In this document: positions 12,185 through 25,704 of the stretch, piece after piece | Position numbering within the stretch: the first letter of the stretch is position 1 | How the letters are laid out: each line of letters starts with the position of its first letter | Assembly: GCA_964016885.1 (NCBI GenBank) | Contig: OZ024753.1 | Location: 2,852,001-2,916,000 of the forward strand | Direction: 5' to 3' | DNA length: 64,000 bases | Source of the DNA: Eledone cirrhosa | Lineage: Eukaryota | Made by a program: the position numbers and the translations under genes | The notes under the pieces: model-generated | Told to the model about the DNA's origin: nothing | Database searches by the model: none | Seen by the model: only the letters and a program-made list of their open reading frames with translations

Positions 12185-12221
<37 letters not shown>

Positions 12222-12302
12222 TATTTCACTGTAATATGAAAGCAGTGTCTAGTAGTGCTATTTCTGTGTGTCCTATGATTAAGGTTATGCATTTGTTTGC
12301 AC

Positions 12303-12558
12303 CATCATCATCTTCTTTGCCTACTTATTCCTGAGAGGATCATGGGGGCAAAGTCCTCAAACACTCCTTCCATTGGGTCCTGTCAGAAGCAACTCTCTCC
12401 AATTGATCCAGCTGGATCCCCAAGAGAGACCAACAAAGTTCATGGATGTTATCCACCCATCTTGCTTGGGGGTCCACTCCTGGGTCTCCTACCAACTGGT
12501 TTTGCTTGTAAAATCTGACCAGCCAAATTTTTCCTGAGACATTCTAACCACATGTTCT
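12303..12558 (-). mobile_element. RTE-clade LINE 3' end
   Basis: Homologous to 22500-22750 (CTTATTCCTGAGAGG, GGTCCTGTCAGAAGCAAC, GATCCAGCTGGATCCCCAAG). Confidence 0.75.
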
Positions 12559-13288
12559 TAATGTTGCTTCTTTTTTTTATTAATTCCTTTGTCATATAGT
12601 ATTACAGAGATTGTTTCTATTGTTAGTTCTGATATTCTGATTATCTCTAATTTCAGATCTTTTAGAGCTTCAATATTGAATTACAGTATTACAACTACAA
12701 GTAAACATCTCCATTCCTGACATCATCATCATCACCATCATCATTTTTACGTCATTTTTTCCATGCTTGCATGGGTTGGATGGGTCCTTTTCAGCAAAAT
12801 ATCTCTCTACTCATCATACTCCTTCATCATCTTCTCTGTGAGTCTCAGCAGTCCATTACAACACAATTTTCCTTAATCCCTATATCTATGTGAAATGGCT
12901 GAATATAGACATATTGTCATATGTCTGAAACATTTTCTGGTGTATTTTGATATTTATATACCATAATTTGCTGTCAGAATTTTATAAAGTTGGCCAAGAT
13001 TATAATGTATAAAGGCTCCAGCTCTGTCATGACAAAACAGCCAGAAGCAGTCTGATTAATTGTTTTTTTACCAAACCTCAACATATTCTACTGCAGTTAT
13101 TTTTTATCTTCTGCTTCATTATATGCTACTGTTATTTTCTGGTTCTGGTGAGAATGCTTTGATCTTTTGTTGTAAACACTCCAGCACTCCAACCATGCAG
13201 GTACTATATTTAACTATCTTCTGATATATATATGCATACACACAAACACATATATATATATATATATATATATAAATTGAAACAAAAT

Positions 13289-13545
13289 GAAAACGAAATT
13301 TCATTTCTCACTCTTAGTATGGCACTTACTTAAATGTAAGTATGCATGTATACGTACATACATATATGTATACAGACGTACAGTAGCATGCACATATACA
13401 TATATATATATATATATATACACATATATATACATATGCATACAGGTACACATACATATATGCACGTATCAGTTTAGCGGCGCTAAATATGTGCATGCTA
13501 CTGTACGTCTGTATACATATATGTATGTACGTATACATGCATACT

Positions 13546-13548
<3 letters not shown>
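13289..13548. mobile_element. Fold-back remnant of the PLE-like family at 59605-60370
   Basis: GAAATTTCATTTCTCACTCTTAGTA is shared with 59616. Internal inverted arms of ~60 bp lie at 13338-13397 / 13488-13547. Confidence 0.7.
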
Positions 13549-13583
<35 letters not shown>

Positions 13584-13637
13584 CATACACTTATATATAT
13601 ATACATACATTATAAAAAAGCTGCAATTCTTATTGTC

Positions 13638-13672
<35 letters not shown>

Positions 13673-14168
13673 ATATAGTAAGATAGTAATAAAATTATAA
13701 CTATGGTGCCAGTGTTATGTTCTCCCTACAAGGAATAGTTGGATCTAACTTGGATTTGGATTTCTATGAGATTCATCTGACATCATTGACAAATATTGAG
13801 ACATGGGAAATGCTGACACAAAACTAAATAGGAAGAATGATAATGGAATCAAATACAAGTAAAACAGAAAAATATGATAAGATAAAGAGATTTCAGGAGA
13901 AAAGAAAATATTGTTCAAAAGGATTCAATGTACTACAAGACAAACATATAAGTTCTTCATATAAAAATCAGGCCTATTGTCAGCCTTCCATTCTCTATGG
14001 AGCTCAAGAATAGTCTGGATGTTTACTTTAATTTGCAAATATTTTAAGACAGAGTTTCAGAATAAGCATAGAGTCATAAATTTTCTAAATCTGGGGCGCA
14101 CCATTGAAAGTAAAGGAGGGGGTTGAGTTATGTGGTGCCCTCTTCGTAACGGGTCCAATAAACATGCA

Positions 14169-14292
14169 AATAATTGTTTCTACTTTAGGCACAAGGCCAG
14201 CAATTACCCAGAGTGCATTACTGGTACTTTATTTTATCGACCCCGTAAGGATGAAAGGCAAAGTCAACCTCGGCGGGATTTGAACTCAGATT
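14169..14292 (-). mobile_element. Deu/Nin-like SINE (5'-truncated)
   Basis: Reverse complement of the SINE core and tail. Confidence 0.9.
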
Positions 14293-15482
14293 GTATGTAA
14301 ATAATGTGCTTTGGGTAGTTGGCAGCAACTCAGATCCTGTGATAAACTAAGAAGGTTTTTAGATAAATATAAACACATTAAAATAGTTCTGTATTATAGA
14401 ACCATGTACAGTTTCAAGTAGTTTGGTATCAAAAGGGTTAAAACAGTTAGGTAATGTAGTCTTCTAAACACTGATTAAAAGTTGGGATGGTCATGGTTGT
14501 AGCAACTTAGATCCAAGCTTGGATTTATTTAGGGATACTCTGAGGCTGTATGATAACAGAGCAGAGCCACTCTATGGTCAGTCGACCTGCAAGATTTATA
14601 CCCTACTTCTTTTTAAAAAGAGTAAGAAAATGTAGTCTGAGAAACACTGACTAAAACGTTGGATTGTCATGTTTGGAGGAACTTCAATCAGAGGTTGAAT
14701 AATTTAGAGCTAATCTCAGGCCTATTGCCAGGTGGTGATATTCCTGGGTTGGAGGGGTAGGTCTCAGAATATTTGGAGTGGGCACTCTTTTGAAAGGAAT
14801 ATATTGCAGGATGTTCTTTTTATAAACTCTATTTGATAAAACTGAGGGTGCAACATTACAAAGTAGAGGGGAGGCAAAAGTTGGCATACCCCTCTAGAAT
14901 CCTGCCTCCATTGGTGACAGGCCTGGCTAATCTGGAATCGAACAATAACAACAACAACCAGTGTAACAAAGTAAGAGAATAATAAAAACGGAAAAGAGGA
15001 GAAATAGAAAAGAAAAGCTTTTTTTTTGCTTAATTTTCATGGTATCAGCTTGCTATTCTTTAAGTAAAATGTGTCTGTAATGTTTATTAGAGATACCATT
15101 ATTGGTTGGTGAGCATCTAGCAGAAATCAGATGTCTGAACACTATCCCAGGAGAGTATTTTATGTGATGTTTCTCTTTCACCTCAAAACATAACTCTTAA
15201 CATTGTAAGTTGACCTGCCATTTAGCCTCTCCGCAGAGTGCAAAGTTAAGCTGCAAGGGAATGAAACACAACTTAGATTACAATTCCCAGCACAAATGTA
15301 CTGAAATTTAATAACCGCTTCCCCTCTCTCCTTTTTCTACCTCTTTTTCTCTCTTTTTCTCTCAAATGAAAAGAGAAAATAAAAACTAAGACTCTATTCT
15401 CAAGGATTTCTGAAAAATGTATTAATAATATGTAATAAAAGTAAAGAATTCTGGTGGCAGTGGGAATGATGAGCCTGATAAT

Positions 15483-16830
15483 AATGGTGGTGTTAATGGT
15501 GATGGTTGTTGATGTGGTGGTGGTTGTGGCAGTGGTTATGGTGGTGGTGTTGATGTGGTGGTTGTGGCAGTGGTTATGGTGGTGGTGTTAATGGTGATGG
15601 TTGTTGATGTGGTGGTTGTGGCAGTGGTGATGGTGGTGGTGTTAATGGTGATGGTTGTTGATGTGGTGGTTGTGGCAGTGGTTATGGTGGTGGTGTTAAT
15701 GGTGATGGTTGTTGGTGTGGTGGTTGTGGCAGTGGTGGTAGTGGTGGTGTTAATGGTGATGGTTGTTGGTGTGGTGGTTGTGGCAGTGGTTATGGTGGTG
15801 GTGTTAATGGTGATGGTTGTTGGTGTGGTGGTTGTGGCAGTGGTGGTAGTGGTGGTGTTAATGGTGATGGTTGTTGGTGTGGTGGTTGTGGCAGTGGTGG
15901 TAGTGGTGGTGTTAATGGTGATGGTTGTTGATGTGGTGGTGGTGATGGTGGTGGTGTTAATGGTGATGGTTGTTGATGTGGTGGTTGTGGCAGTGGTTAT
16001 GGTGGTGGTGTTAATGGTGATGGTTGTTGGTGTGGTGGTTGTGGCAGTGGTGGTAGTGGTGGTGTTAATGGTGATGGTTGTTGGTGTGGTGGTTGTGGCA
16101 GTGGTGGTAGTGGTGGTGTTAATGGTGATGGTTGTTGATGTGGTGGTGGTGATGGTGGTGGTGTTAATGGTGATGGTTGTTGGTGTGGTGGTTGTGGCAG
16201 TGGTTATGGTGGTGGTGTTAATGGTGATGGTTGTTGGTGTGGTGGTTGTGGCAGTGGTGGTAGTGGTGGTGTTAATGGTGATGGTTGTTGGTGTGGTGGT
16301 TGTGGCAGTGGTGGTAGTGGTGGTGTTAATGGTGATGGTTGTTGATGTGGTGGTGGTTGTGGCAGTGGTTATGGTGGTGGTGTTAATGATGATGGTTGTT
16401 GGAGGTGGCGGTTGTGGTAATGGTTGTGGTAGTGGTATTAACGATGATGGTTGTTAAGGTGGTGGTTATGGTTATGGTGGTGGTGGTGGTAGTGGTGGTG
16501 TTACTGATGATGGTTGTTGTGGTTATGGTGGTGGTGGTAGTGGTGGTGGTAGTGGTAGTGTTAATGATGATGTTTGTTAAGGTGGTGGTGGTAGTGGTAG
16601 TGTTAATGATGATGTTTGTTAAGGTGGTGGTGGTAGTGGTGGTGTTAATGATGATGGTTGTTGAGGTGGTGGTTGTGGTAGTGGTTATGGTGATAGTAGT
16701 GGTGTTAACGATGATGGTTGTTAAGGTGGTGGTTACAGTTATGGTGGTGGTGGTGGTGTTAATGATGATGGTTGTTGAGGAGGTAGCTTTGGTAGTAGTT
16801 ATGGTGATGGAGGTGGCAATGATGAAGATG
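15483..16830. repeat. (GTG)-based minisatellite with a 54-bp unit
   Basis: The unit translates as the 18-codon VVVVAVVMVVVLMVMVVD and degenerates to the right. Confidence 0.95.
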
Positions 16831-16974
16831 ATATTCATTGCTCACAACATCAACATCTTCATCATCATCATTACTTTTGATTTGGCAAAATATCAATTTT
16901 GAAGAGGAAGGAATATAACCAATTGATCTGATGCTATTTGTTTTCTACAGATATTACTTATATTATTGAACTCA

Positions 16975-17176
16975 GCAGGGTGGTGGATTGGCAGAATTGA
17001 TAGAGTGTCGGGCAAAATGCTTTGTAGCATTTAGTTACCACCCTTTACATTCTGAGTTCATATCTTACTGAAGTCAGCTTTACCTTTCATCCTTCTGGTG
17101 TCAGTAAAATAAAGTACCAGTAAAATACTGGGGTTGATTTAACCAAATTTTCCTTTCCCACAAATTGTTAATCTTG

Positions 17177-17180
<4 letters not shown>
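16975..17180 (+). mobile_element. Deu/Nin-like SINE (older, diverged)
   Basis: GTGGATTGGCAG head and CTTTCATCCTTCTGG..AAAATAAAGTACCAG core. Confidence 0.8.
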
Positions 17181-17211
<31 letters not shown>

Positions 17212-17215
<4 letters not shown>

Positions 17216-17395
17216 TGTTTCTACTTTAGGCACAAGGCCAGCAATTACCCAGTACATTACTGGTACTTTATTTTATCGACCCCGTAAGGATGAAAGGCAA
17301 AGTTAACCTCAGCGGGATTTGAACTCAAACCGTAAAGGGACGTAACTATGCTAGAAAGCATGGCATCCAACCCTCTACCGATACTGCCAATTCAA
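17212..17395 (-). mobile_element. Deu/Nin-like SINE, tail-to-tail with the previous copy across (TAA)n
   Basis: Reverse complement of the SINE consensus. Confidence 0.9.
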
Positions 17396-17420
17396 TAATA
17401 ATAATAATGTAAATTATTGT

Positions 17421-17477
17421 GTACAGTACTCAGGTACAGTACTCAGGTACAGTACTCAGGTACAGTACTCAGGTACT
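17421..17477. repeat. 13-bp tandem repeat x4
   Basis: TACAGTACTCAGG repeated. Confidence 0.9.
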
Positions 17478-18644
17478 GAGCTTAATATGATGAACGGTGA
17501 GGCCACTCTTTGAAGGAGTGGAAATTGGATCTTGTAAAACATTAAACTTTAAATATAGGGAATAAAGGAACAGGTTCTAAATTATACTGTTCCATTACTA
17601 GACTATAAAAGTGTATTACAACACTATTAATATGTTATCACTACACTATTAAAGTGTTATTACAACACTATAAAAGTGTTATTACTGTATTATTTCTACA
17701 CTATTAATGTGTTATTCTTCTTGTTCTTTTTGAGTCATTCCTCCATCAAAGATGAAGCATCTTCATTTTGCTATGTCTAATGGCTAGAATATATGTAGCT
17801 TTTACACCTGCATACACATAGATTTCTCTGCTAATTGGAGCAGTTATGCCAACTCATTGTGGAATTAATAGTCAGTCATCTGTGAAGCCACTGGTATTCA
17901 TGATGCTAATTAAACAGATGATTGCCACTGAACTATTGCTTTTTATGAGACACACAGGGTTTTTTTTTTTTTTTATCAAGCCTTACTCCTCTAGATCTGA
18001 CCTGTTCCACTAAACTATTCCATGATAGCCATATCAGAAACACTTCATGTAGGATGTAACTCTTCTCTAAGCAGGTTGTTCTTCAAAACGAAAAAAACTA
18101 GGTGCTCAGCTGTAGGTGTGACTTTCATGATAATTTACAGTCATTTACTTTTCATGTGATTATGTAGTTGCCACAGTTCCATGCTTGGTAAACTAGTCAA
18201 CTTCAAACTCACAATGAAGTAAGAATTGGGGATATGTACCATGCTTTCCTTAAGAATTTCAGATGTCAATACAGTTGCATCTGTCACTCGTAATCAATTA
18301 TGATTCAATAGTCTGTACAATGCTTTCACTAAAAGTTACAGAAGTCTACAATTGTGAACAAACACAGATGTTCTCTCAACGCTTCCTCATTATGATTAGG
18401 TGGGACATCTAGGATGTGACATCTGGAAGGTGAAAGGGCTACACACTAGGATGTGACATCTGGAAGGTGAAAGGGCTACACAATCACTGAGCTGATAATT
18501 TTTTATCAACTCCAAGAAGAGGAAAAGTAAAGTAGAACTTAGCTGGATTTGAACTCAGACCATAGAGAGTTGAAACACATTATCCAATGTTTTAACAACT
18601 CTAAAGTCTAGTCTAAAGTCTGTCTTAAGCAATTTAAAGCTCAT

Positions 18645-18897
18645 TATGCTGGTGTTTATCCCAGTTTCATGGCGTGAAGTGACTAAGAGTACAAGACTTC
18701 CTCCTGGACAGGATGCAAGTCCATCGCAGGGTTAAACCCCAGTTAATGCTGGTACTCATTTTCAGCTGAGTATACTGGAGCAACATGAAATGAAGTGTTT
18801 TGCTCCTGAACACAACACAAATCCCAACCCAAGAATTGAATCCACAACATTAAGATCGTAAGTTTAACACCCTTACTACTAGGCCACATGCCTCCAC
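18645..18897 (-). mobile_element. tRNA-derived SINE with a CORE/V-like domain
   Basis: TTTCAGCTGAGTATACTGGAGCAACATGAAATGAAGTGTTTTGCTC...ACTAGGCCACATGCCTCCAC is the reverse complement of the head and core seen at 28378. Confidence 0.8.
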
Positions 18898-19332
18898 TTT
18901 AACAACTCTGCTAAAGAAATATATGATGTAACTTTCTGAATATTACTTACAACGAATCTTCATAAGCAACAACCCTTTCATAAAACTGTACCAACTTTAA
19001 AATACAGTTGTTCTTTTAACAGTTCATGAATTTCTTATGAAATAAGGCTGAAAATAAAGCTATGTTGGGTGTAACCTGAACTATCAGTAAACACAGAAAC
19101 CACTACTTGTGACCTCATGTATCTCTTAAACAGACTTCAAAGTCATAAATATACATTAGACATCCTCTTTATAATATACAATGACATAAAAGGCCTTTTC
19201 TAAGCTTAACAAATGATATCCAACATAATAACAGCTTCTCTGTCTTAAAAATATGTCTTTGATTGCAATTTTATTCTAGAACCAACCCTTTATTTATTCA
19301 TTTCTTTGACTAGCTGAACTCAGTTTCTTACA

Positions 19333-19594
19333 TTAACCCTTTTGCTACCAGCCTGGCTGAAACCACCCCTAGTTCTACAATGAAATACAATTTGTTTTGA
19401 AGTGTTCATGTTTAAGCCTACCATTATATTTCTTCATAAGTAACTTTACTGAAGATATATTCTAAACACTAAATTAATAACAAGAAAGTTAGGGGTAACA
19501 TTACTAGATACCTCCAAAGTTCCGATTATTTAAATAATTAATGGAAAATCATAGACATTATATTGCATGAGAAATACAGTAATGAAAGGGTTAA
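19333..19594. mobile_element. piggyBac-type MITE, family B
   Basis: TTAACCCTTTTGCTACC...GTAATGAAAGGGTTAA. Related copies lie near 24630-24836, 26520-26811, 30545-30793, 35950-36203 and 36278-36538. Confidence 0.7.
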
Positions 19595-20361
19595 GCTATA
19601 AACAGAGTTAGAATATTTAACACTGATTTCCATGTTTGAAATAGACATGTAGCTTCTTCAAATTTGGAAATATGAAGGCAGGCAACAGATCTTAAATATC
19701 TATTTAATTTACAGTTGGGAGACACAAATCAGTTAATTGGAAGGGGTCAGAATCTAGGAAGCAAATGGTAATAATGATGGACAGGGGTCAGTATTTCCTT
19801 CAGGCTGGAATGGTGCCCGAGAAGAAGGAATATAAGAGATGGATTTAATATTAAGAGGAGATGAGGCAGTTATTGGAAAAAGAGTGGAACATTTTGGGGA
19901 TCAATAAATTGATAAAAGTTTGAAGGTTGATGTTGGAGGAGAGGAGTTAAAGGTTATCTAAATATAATGAAAGATATAGACATATTTAGACACAAATATA
20001 TACACAACCATATGTATACATGCATATATATTTATGTACATACATATACACAAACTCATATATGTAAGAAGACTGAATCCTCAGATATGTTGTGAGTTGG
20101 ATTAAAAATGACTTGGTATTTGTTCTGGCTCATTGGAGAGAGAGAGAGAAACAGAGAGAGAAAGAGAATACATATGGACGTATGTATCTTAAACTGCTTT
20201 AAAAACAGCTCTCTAACTAAAGGGTAAATCTTTACTCACCAACATGCCACACCTAGTAATAATATATTGAATTCTCTCATCTCTTCTAGTTCTACTACAA
20301 TAGTTACTGTTATTCTGAAGAAGCAAGTCGTGTACCATCCAATAGATCTGCCTTTCCTCAT

Positions 20362-20524
20362 CATTATCATCATCATCATCATCAACGTTTAACGTCCGTG
20401 TTCCACGCTTGCATGGGTTTGGATGGGGGTAGTCCCACTTGAGGCAAGAGTGATTGTCTTGCTCGCATAGGACTGTCTGGCAGGTTTTCTACAGTTGGAT
20501 GCCCTTCCTAACACCAACCACATT
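20362..20524 (-). mobile_element. Meta-domain-like SINE 3' part with an RTE-type (GAT)n tail
   Basis: TTTCTACAGTTGGATGCCCTTCCTAACACCAACC; near-identical to 37222-37373. Confidence 0.85.
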
Positions 20525-20714
20525 CCTCATCTTATCATATTTGCTGTATCTCACCCTATCGCATGGTATAGTATGGTCCTGTAGCTTCTGATGGAGTCAT
20601 ACTGATGCTGTAGTGGCATACAGCATTTTCTGGGCATTTTTTAAGCTCAGCAAAGCCAATCGCTCTCCAGGTCTCAATACAGCTGAGTTCTTCCAGAGAA
20701 GGATAGAAAGTGAG

Positions 20715-21380
20715 AGAGAGGAAGTGAGAAAGAGATATAGAGAAAGTGGCAAAGAGATTTAGCGACAGTGGGAAATAGATATAGAGGAAGTGAAAAAGAG
20801 ATATAGAGAAAGTGGCAAAGAGATATAGAGGAAGTGAGAAAGAGATATAGAGGAAGTGAGAAAGAGATATAGAGGAAGTTAGAAAGAGATATAGAGGAAG
20901 TGGCAAAGAGATATAGAGGAAGTGAGAAAGAGATATAGAGGAAGTGAAAAAGAGATATAGAGGAAGTGAAAAAGAGATATAGAGGAAGTGAAAAAGAGAT
21001 ATAGAGGAAGTGAAAAAGAGATATAGAGGAAGTGAAAAAGAGATATAGAGGAAGTGAAAAAGAGATATAGAGGAAGTGGCAAAGAGATATAGAGGAAGTG
21101 AGAAAGAGATATAGAGAAAGTGAAAAAGAGATATAGAGGAAGTGAGAAAGAGATATAGAGGAAGTGAAAAAGAGATATAGAGGAAGTGAAAAAGAGATAT
21201 AGAGGAAGTGAAAAAGAGATATAGAGGAAGTGAAAAAGAGATATAGAGGAAGTGGCAAAGAGATATAGAGGAAGTGAGAAAGAGATATAGAGAAAGTGTA
21301 AAAGAGATATAGAGGAAGTGAAAAAGAGATATAGAGGAAGTGAAAAAGAGATATAGAGGAAGTGAGAAAGAAACATAGAG
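20715..21380. repeat. 22-bp minisatellite (~30 copies) expanded inside a dispersed repeat (20570-21420)
   Basis: Unit GAAGTGAAAAAGAGATATAGAG. The flanks align with 27553-27755 and 52754-52925, where the unit occurs about once. Confidence 0.9.
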
Positions 21381-22157
21381 GGAAAAATCTCCCCCAGTAT
21401 TAGACTGGTACTTTATCTCACCCGATAAAAGCTTGTAATAAAGATGTCATTCCATCCCACTATCCCACAGTTTTCTTTCAGATACAGACATACTGAAGTT
21501 CAAGTTGAACAACACACTTACTGACCTGACTATACTGGAAGGGCCAAATGTTAAGGATTGTATTTATATTTCTAATAAGATTGACAAGTAGATTTCTATC
21601 AGAACATATATAATTGAAATGAAACCTAAAAACAGTGTCACGGTGATCCCTCAATCAATCTTGGCCTTTATGGGTTGGAAGTCAACAATGTATTATTTAT
21701 AAATTGTGAAGTCATAGAAATTTAAAAAAGATATATTTTCTAGTGGTTAAATCTCAAAATGATTTATTCATGGATTTTTAATTGGATAGGAGATGTGTTA
21801 AAGGAAGAGAGAAGGAAGTGAGGGAAGTCTAGCATGTACTAAGTGTAAATTGATTCTTCCAATTATCGCTGTAATTTCCAAGTTTTATCTGAAAATGGAT
21901 CATATTGATAGTTTTCTAATGATTAATTTGGACAGAATGTTTATTTTAGTCTCAAATATTCCAGTGACTATCATTATCATTGTTATTTCATGATCAGCCT
22001 TTAAATTTCCTGTTATCACAGCCTTGTTACTATCAATACACACATCTTCATGTTTTGCTTCTATTTATTAATTAAATGCAACCAACAATCTCTGTCTTCC
22101 TTTCTAAGTGTGTGATTAGATTTCTCTATCACCCCTCTCTTTCTCTCTCTCTCTCTT

Positions 22158-22495
22158 GTGGGCTTGCAATCATGAGGTTATGAGTTCATTCCTGGATCAG
22201 GTCATGCATTGTGTTCTTGTGTTCTTGAGTAAAACACTTTATTTTCATGTTGCTTCAGTTTACTCAGCTGTGGAAAAGAGTTGTGATGTCACTGGTGCCA
22301 AGCTGTATCAGAGCCATTGCCTTTCCATTGGATGACATCAGTGGTGTAGAGTGTGTGTGTGTGAGGAGGGGGGATCAGTATGCACGGGCAACTGTTGGTC
22401 TTACACAAAGAATCTTGCCCAGAATTGTACCTCAGAGGGGAATGTTTTAAGTGCAAATCCCATGGTCATTTGTGACAGAAGGAGGGTTTTATTCT
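22158..22495 (+). mobile_element. CORE/V-like SINE
   Basis: GTGTTCTTGAGTAAAACACTTTATTTTCA core; homologous to 23345-23648 and 36895-37185. Confidence 0.8.
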
Positions 22496-22499
22496 TCAC

Positions 22500-22985
22500 C
22501 TTCTCCTTTTTTGTCCACTTATTCCTGAGAGGGTCTTGTGGGCAGTGTCCTCAAGCACTCTTTCCAGTAGGTCCTGTCAGAAGCAACCATCTCCAACGGA
22601 TCCAGCTGGATCCCCAAGCAAGACCAGCCAAGCTCATGGATGTTATCCAACTATTTTGCTCAGAGTCGACATTTGGGCCTCCTACCAGTTGATTTTACCT
22701 GTAAAATCTGTCCAACAATTCTTTCCTGAGACATTCGAACCAGATGTCCATAGTATCGGAGCTGTGATCTCTCAATTTGGAGAAGTAGCAGCTCTACCTG
22801 GAGTGACTCGCTGATCTCTGAGCTATGCACTCTATCGAATAACATTACTCCAAAGTCCTTTCAGAGGAATCTTATTTCAGTCATTTGTATTTGTGATTGT
22901 ATTCTTTTGGTCATTTCCCAAGATTCATGACCATAGGTAAGGATTGGCATGAATACCAAATGGAAGATAGTGAGTTTGGTTTTTG
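22500..22985 (-). mobile_element. RTE-clade LINE 3' fragment
   Basis: The minus ORF reads LLQIERSQLRYYGHLVRMSQERIVGQIL..STGRRP. Confidence 0.85.
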
Positions 22986-23078
22986 CACGTCTTTTTTTCT
23001 GATTACCAAATGCTGAAGCTGGCGCATTACAGTACCAGGTCCTGCAAATTAAACCCTTTACTCTCTCTCTCTCTCTAT

Positions 23079-23111
<33 letters not shown>

Positions 23112-23344
23112 CTGATGACCGAGAGAAAAGAGTACTCAATATCGAAGCAGAGTTTAGATATTCATTTTATTAAGGCTAAATAGTGTGTGAGAAGCAGGCT
23201 TTGTGTGTGTCAAATCCTTTTTCTCATGATCTGTGTACTTACTGACTTATAACTACCCAATTATTAATGAACTATCCCACAAACTATAATTAACTGGTAT
23301 TTATGAGCAATAATGATAATAGACTAACATTCTTATGTCTGTAG

Positions 23345-23648
23345 TGGAGACACATGACTTAGTGGTTTGGATGTTAGGCTCACAAATTTAAGGTCATGAG
23401 TTCAATTCCTATGTAGGGCAGTATATTTTGTCTTTAAGCAAGTCACTTTATTTCACTCAGTGATACTAGTGCCAAGTAGTATCAGCCATTGCCTTTCCCT
23501 TAGATAGCAGCGGTGCCATTGAGAGGGGAAACTGTCATGCATGGGCAACTAATAATCTTCCACAAATCACCTTGCCCAGGCTTTTGCCCTGGAGAAGAAC
23601 CTTCCAGGTGCAACCTCATATTTAGTTTTGAATGAAGGAGGGCCCTTC
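23345..23648 (+). mobile_element. CORE/V-like SINE
   Basis: GTGGAGACACATGACTTAGTGG head, GAGTTCAATTCC B-box and TAAGCAAGTCACTT core. Confidence 0.8.
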
Positions 23649-24832
23649 TCTTAGCTTTGCAAGAGATGTTTTCAACTTTTTATTGCTGTGTAATGCAGAT
23701 AAGCTCCAGATGACAATATCTATCATCGTACAAAACACCTCATATAGAAAGATGGCACACAAGAATATATTGGGAGATATGTTGTTCAAATTAGGGGCAT
23801 TTCCTACACTAACAATATAGTGACTAAATCACTGAATGAAAATCTGAAAGTTTCTTGGTAGCATTATAAGGAATATTAATGGTAGCCATGTTGATGATGA
23901 TCATAGTTGTGGGTATGGGGGTAGAAGGGGATTGTTTATAATGATGTTGCTAATGAAAAAACAATATGTAAATTCAAAATGATGAAGAAACAATACACAA
24001 CACACAAATGGAGATATTTGTTTATCTGTTGATAAAGATTACAACTTAGCATCAGTTCTAGATGATTCTGGATCAGTTTGTGTTCCTGTGGCATGCTTTT
24101 GAGACCTAAATTGTAGTTAACGGATTTCTAGTGTTGATTTTGAGATAAGATTTTATACAGTAATCTCTTTCACATTATTCATTCTTTGAAATGGTAATGC
24201 CATGATTATATTTCAATATTTACAATGTATTATTAGATAGAAGCAATTTTGGCATTAATCCACAGAGGAATACAGAAAGTTGATAAAGAATTACTACAAA
24301 TCCTTATATGATTTCACGAAGCTGACATAATCCAAAAGTCAATGTCATAGTCACATATTACATTTCAGAAGTATGTAAACAAAAAAAAAAAGGAACCAAA
24401 AATATTTCTCACTGAGTAACAGAATGTGAGATATGTTAACGACTTTTGCTACACACAAAAGACAAGCAGTTTCCAGTTGCCTTTTTGACTCCATAAATAT
24501 CCTCTCTCTCTCTTTCTGAGATAGATGAAATAAGGAAAAAATATTTCTTACAATGAAGAAAAATGCATAGTCAGTTGTGATCTTGAAAACAATAAGCCGT
24601 TAGGAAAATATTTTCACCTTTATGATACTAAACCCACTTAAAACTAACCCTGGATCTATGAAAAAACACACTTATTTGAAGTTAAAACCTTCCAAAATAA
24701 TTTCACTTTTGTTATGTGTGTTATAAATATCATATTGGGTATTAGATAATTCATAATTTTAGTAAATCTCTGCAAATTCTTCAATAACTAATTTAAATAG
24801 TGTATTTGATTATAAGTACACTAATGCAAGGG

Positions 24833-25061
24833 TTAACCCTTTAACATTTAAACCGTCCCTATCTGGCCAGAATTCTCTCACCACTTTCTGTTCAAACTGA
24901 CCATAATTGGTCACTCATACTGATGTTAAGGTATTGTTCTCAAAATAAATAAAATCAAAATCTCATAGATTCGATATTATGTGCGATAATCATGTAAGGT
25001 AAACCCTTTACTGTGAAAATATGATAGTAAATATAGAGTAATGTAAATGCTAAAGGGTTAA
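24833..25061. mobile_element. piggyBac-type MITE, family A
   Basis: TTAACCCTTTAACATTTAAAC...AATGCTAAAGGGTTAA. Confidence 0.8.
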
Positions 25062-25527
25062 GTTAGTTAATCAGTCTATGTGTGGATGAGATGAAGTAGG
25101 TGTGAGGGGTAGAGAAGTAAACAAGTTTGAGTAACAGCAACTGTTATAGTTGTGGTATAAGAAACAGAGATAACATATAGCTTGATGATGGATCAAAGAT
25201 TGCAGTTTATGTCAGGGAATGAAAGAAAAATTGCTTGGCAAATGAATAACTTTTTTTTCTAATGGTCCAAGTATCACTCAGAAAGTGCAACACAATATAT
25301 ATGTGTATTACTTTCTAATGCATGCTATGTCTGTGATTTAAATAGGCCTGTCAGTTTGAAAGAATAAAAGATAATAGAAAAAGTATTTAAATAAAATACT
25401 GTGTACAATTACTAAGTCCATAAAACAAGTTAATATAATTGCATAGAAGAATTAAATTGCCACTATTGTAACAAAATATTTAAGCCACCATTTTAAAAGA
25501 GAATTACAAATACATACATATATATAA

Positions 25528-25574
<47 letters not shown>

Positions 25575-25633
25575 TATATATGTACATATATATATATACA
25601 CAAATATATATATATATACACATATATATATAC

Positions 25634-25704
<71 letters not shown>

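Noticed and set aside
15555-16902. Val-rich or Thr-rich (mucin-like) protein
   Set aside because: GTG minisatellite with no splice or compositional support.
19780-19900. Possible L2/CR1-like C-terminus on the minus strand (YSFFSGTIPA*)
   Set aside because: Too short and degraded to call.
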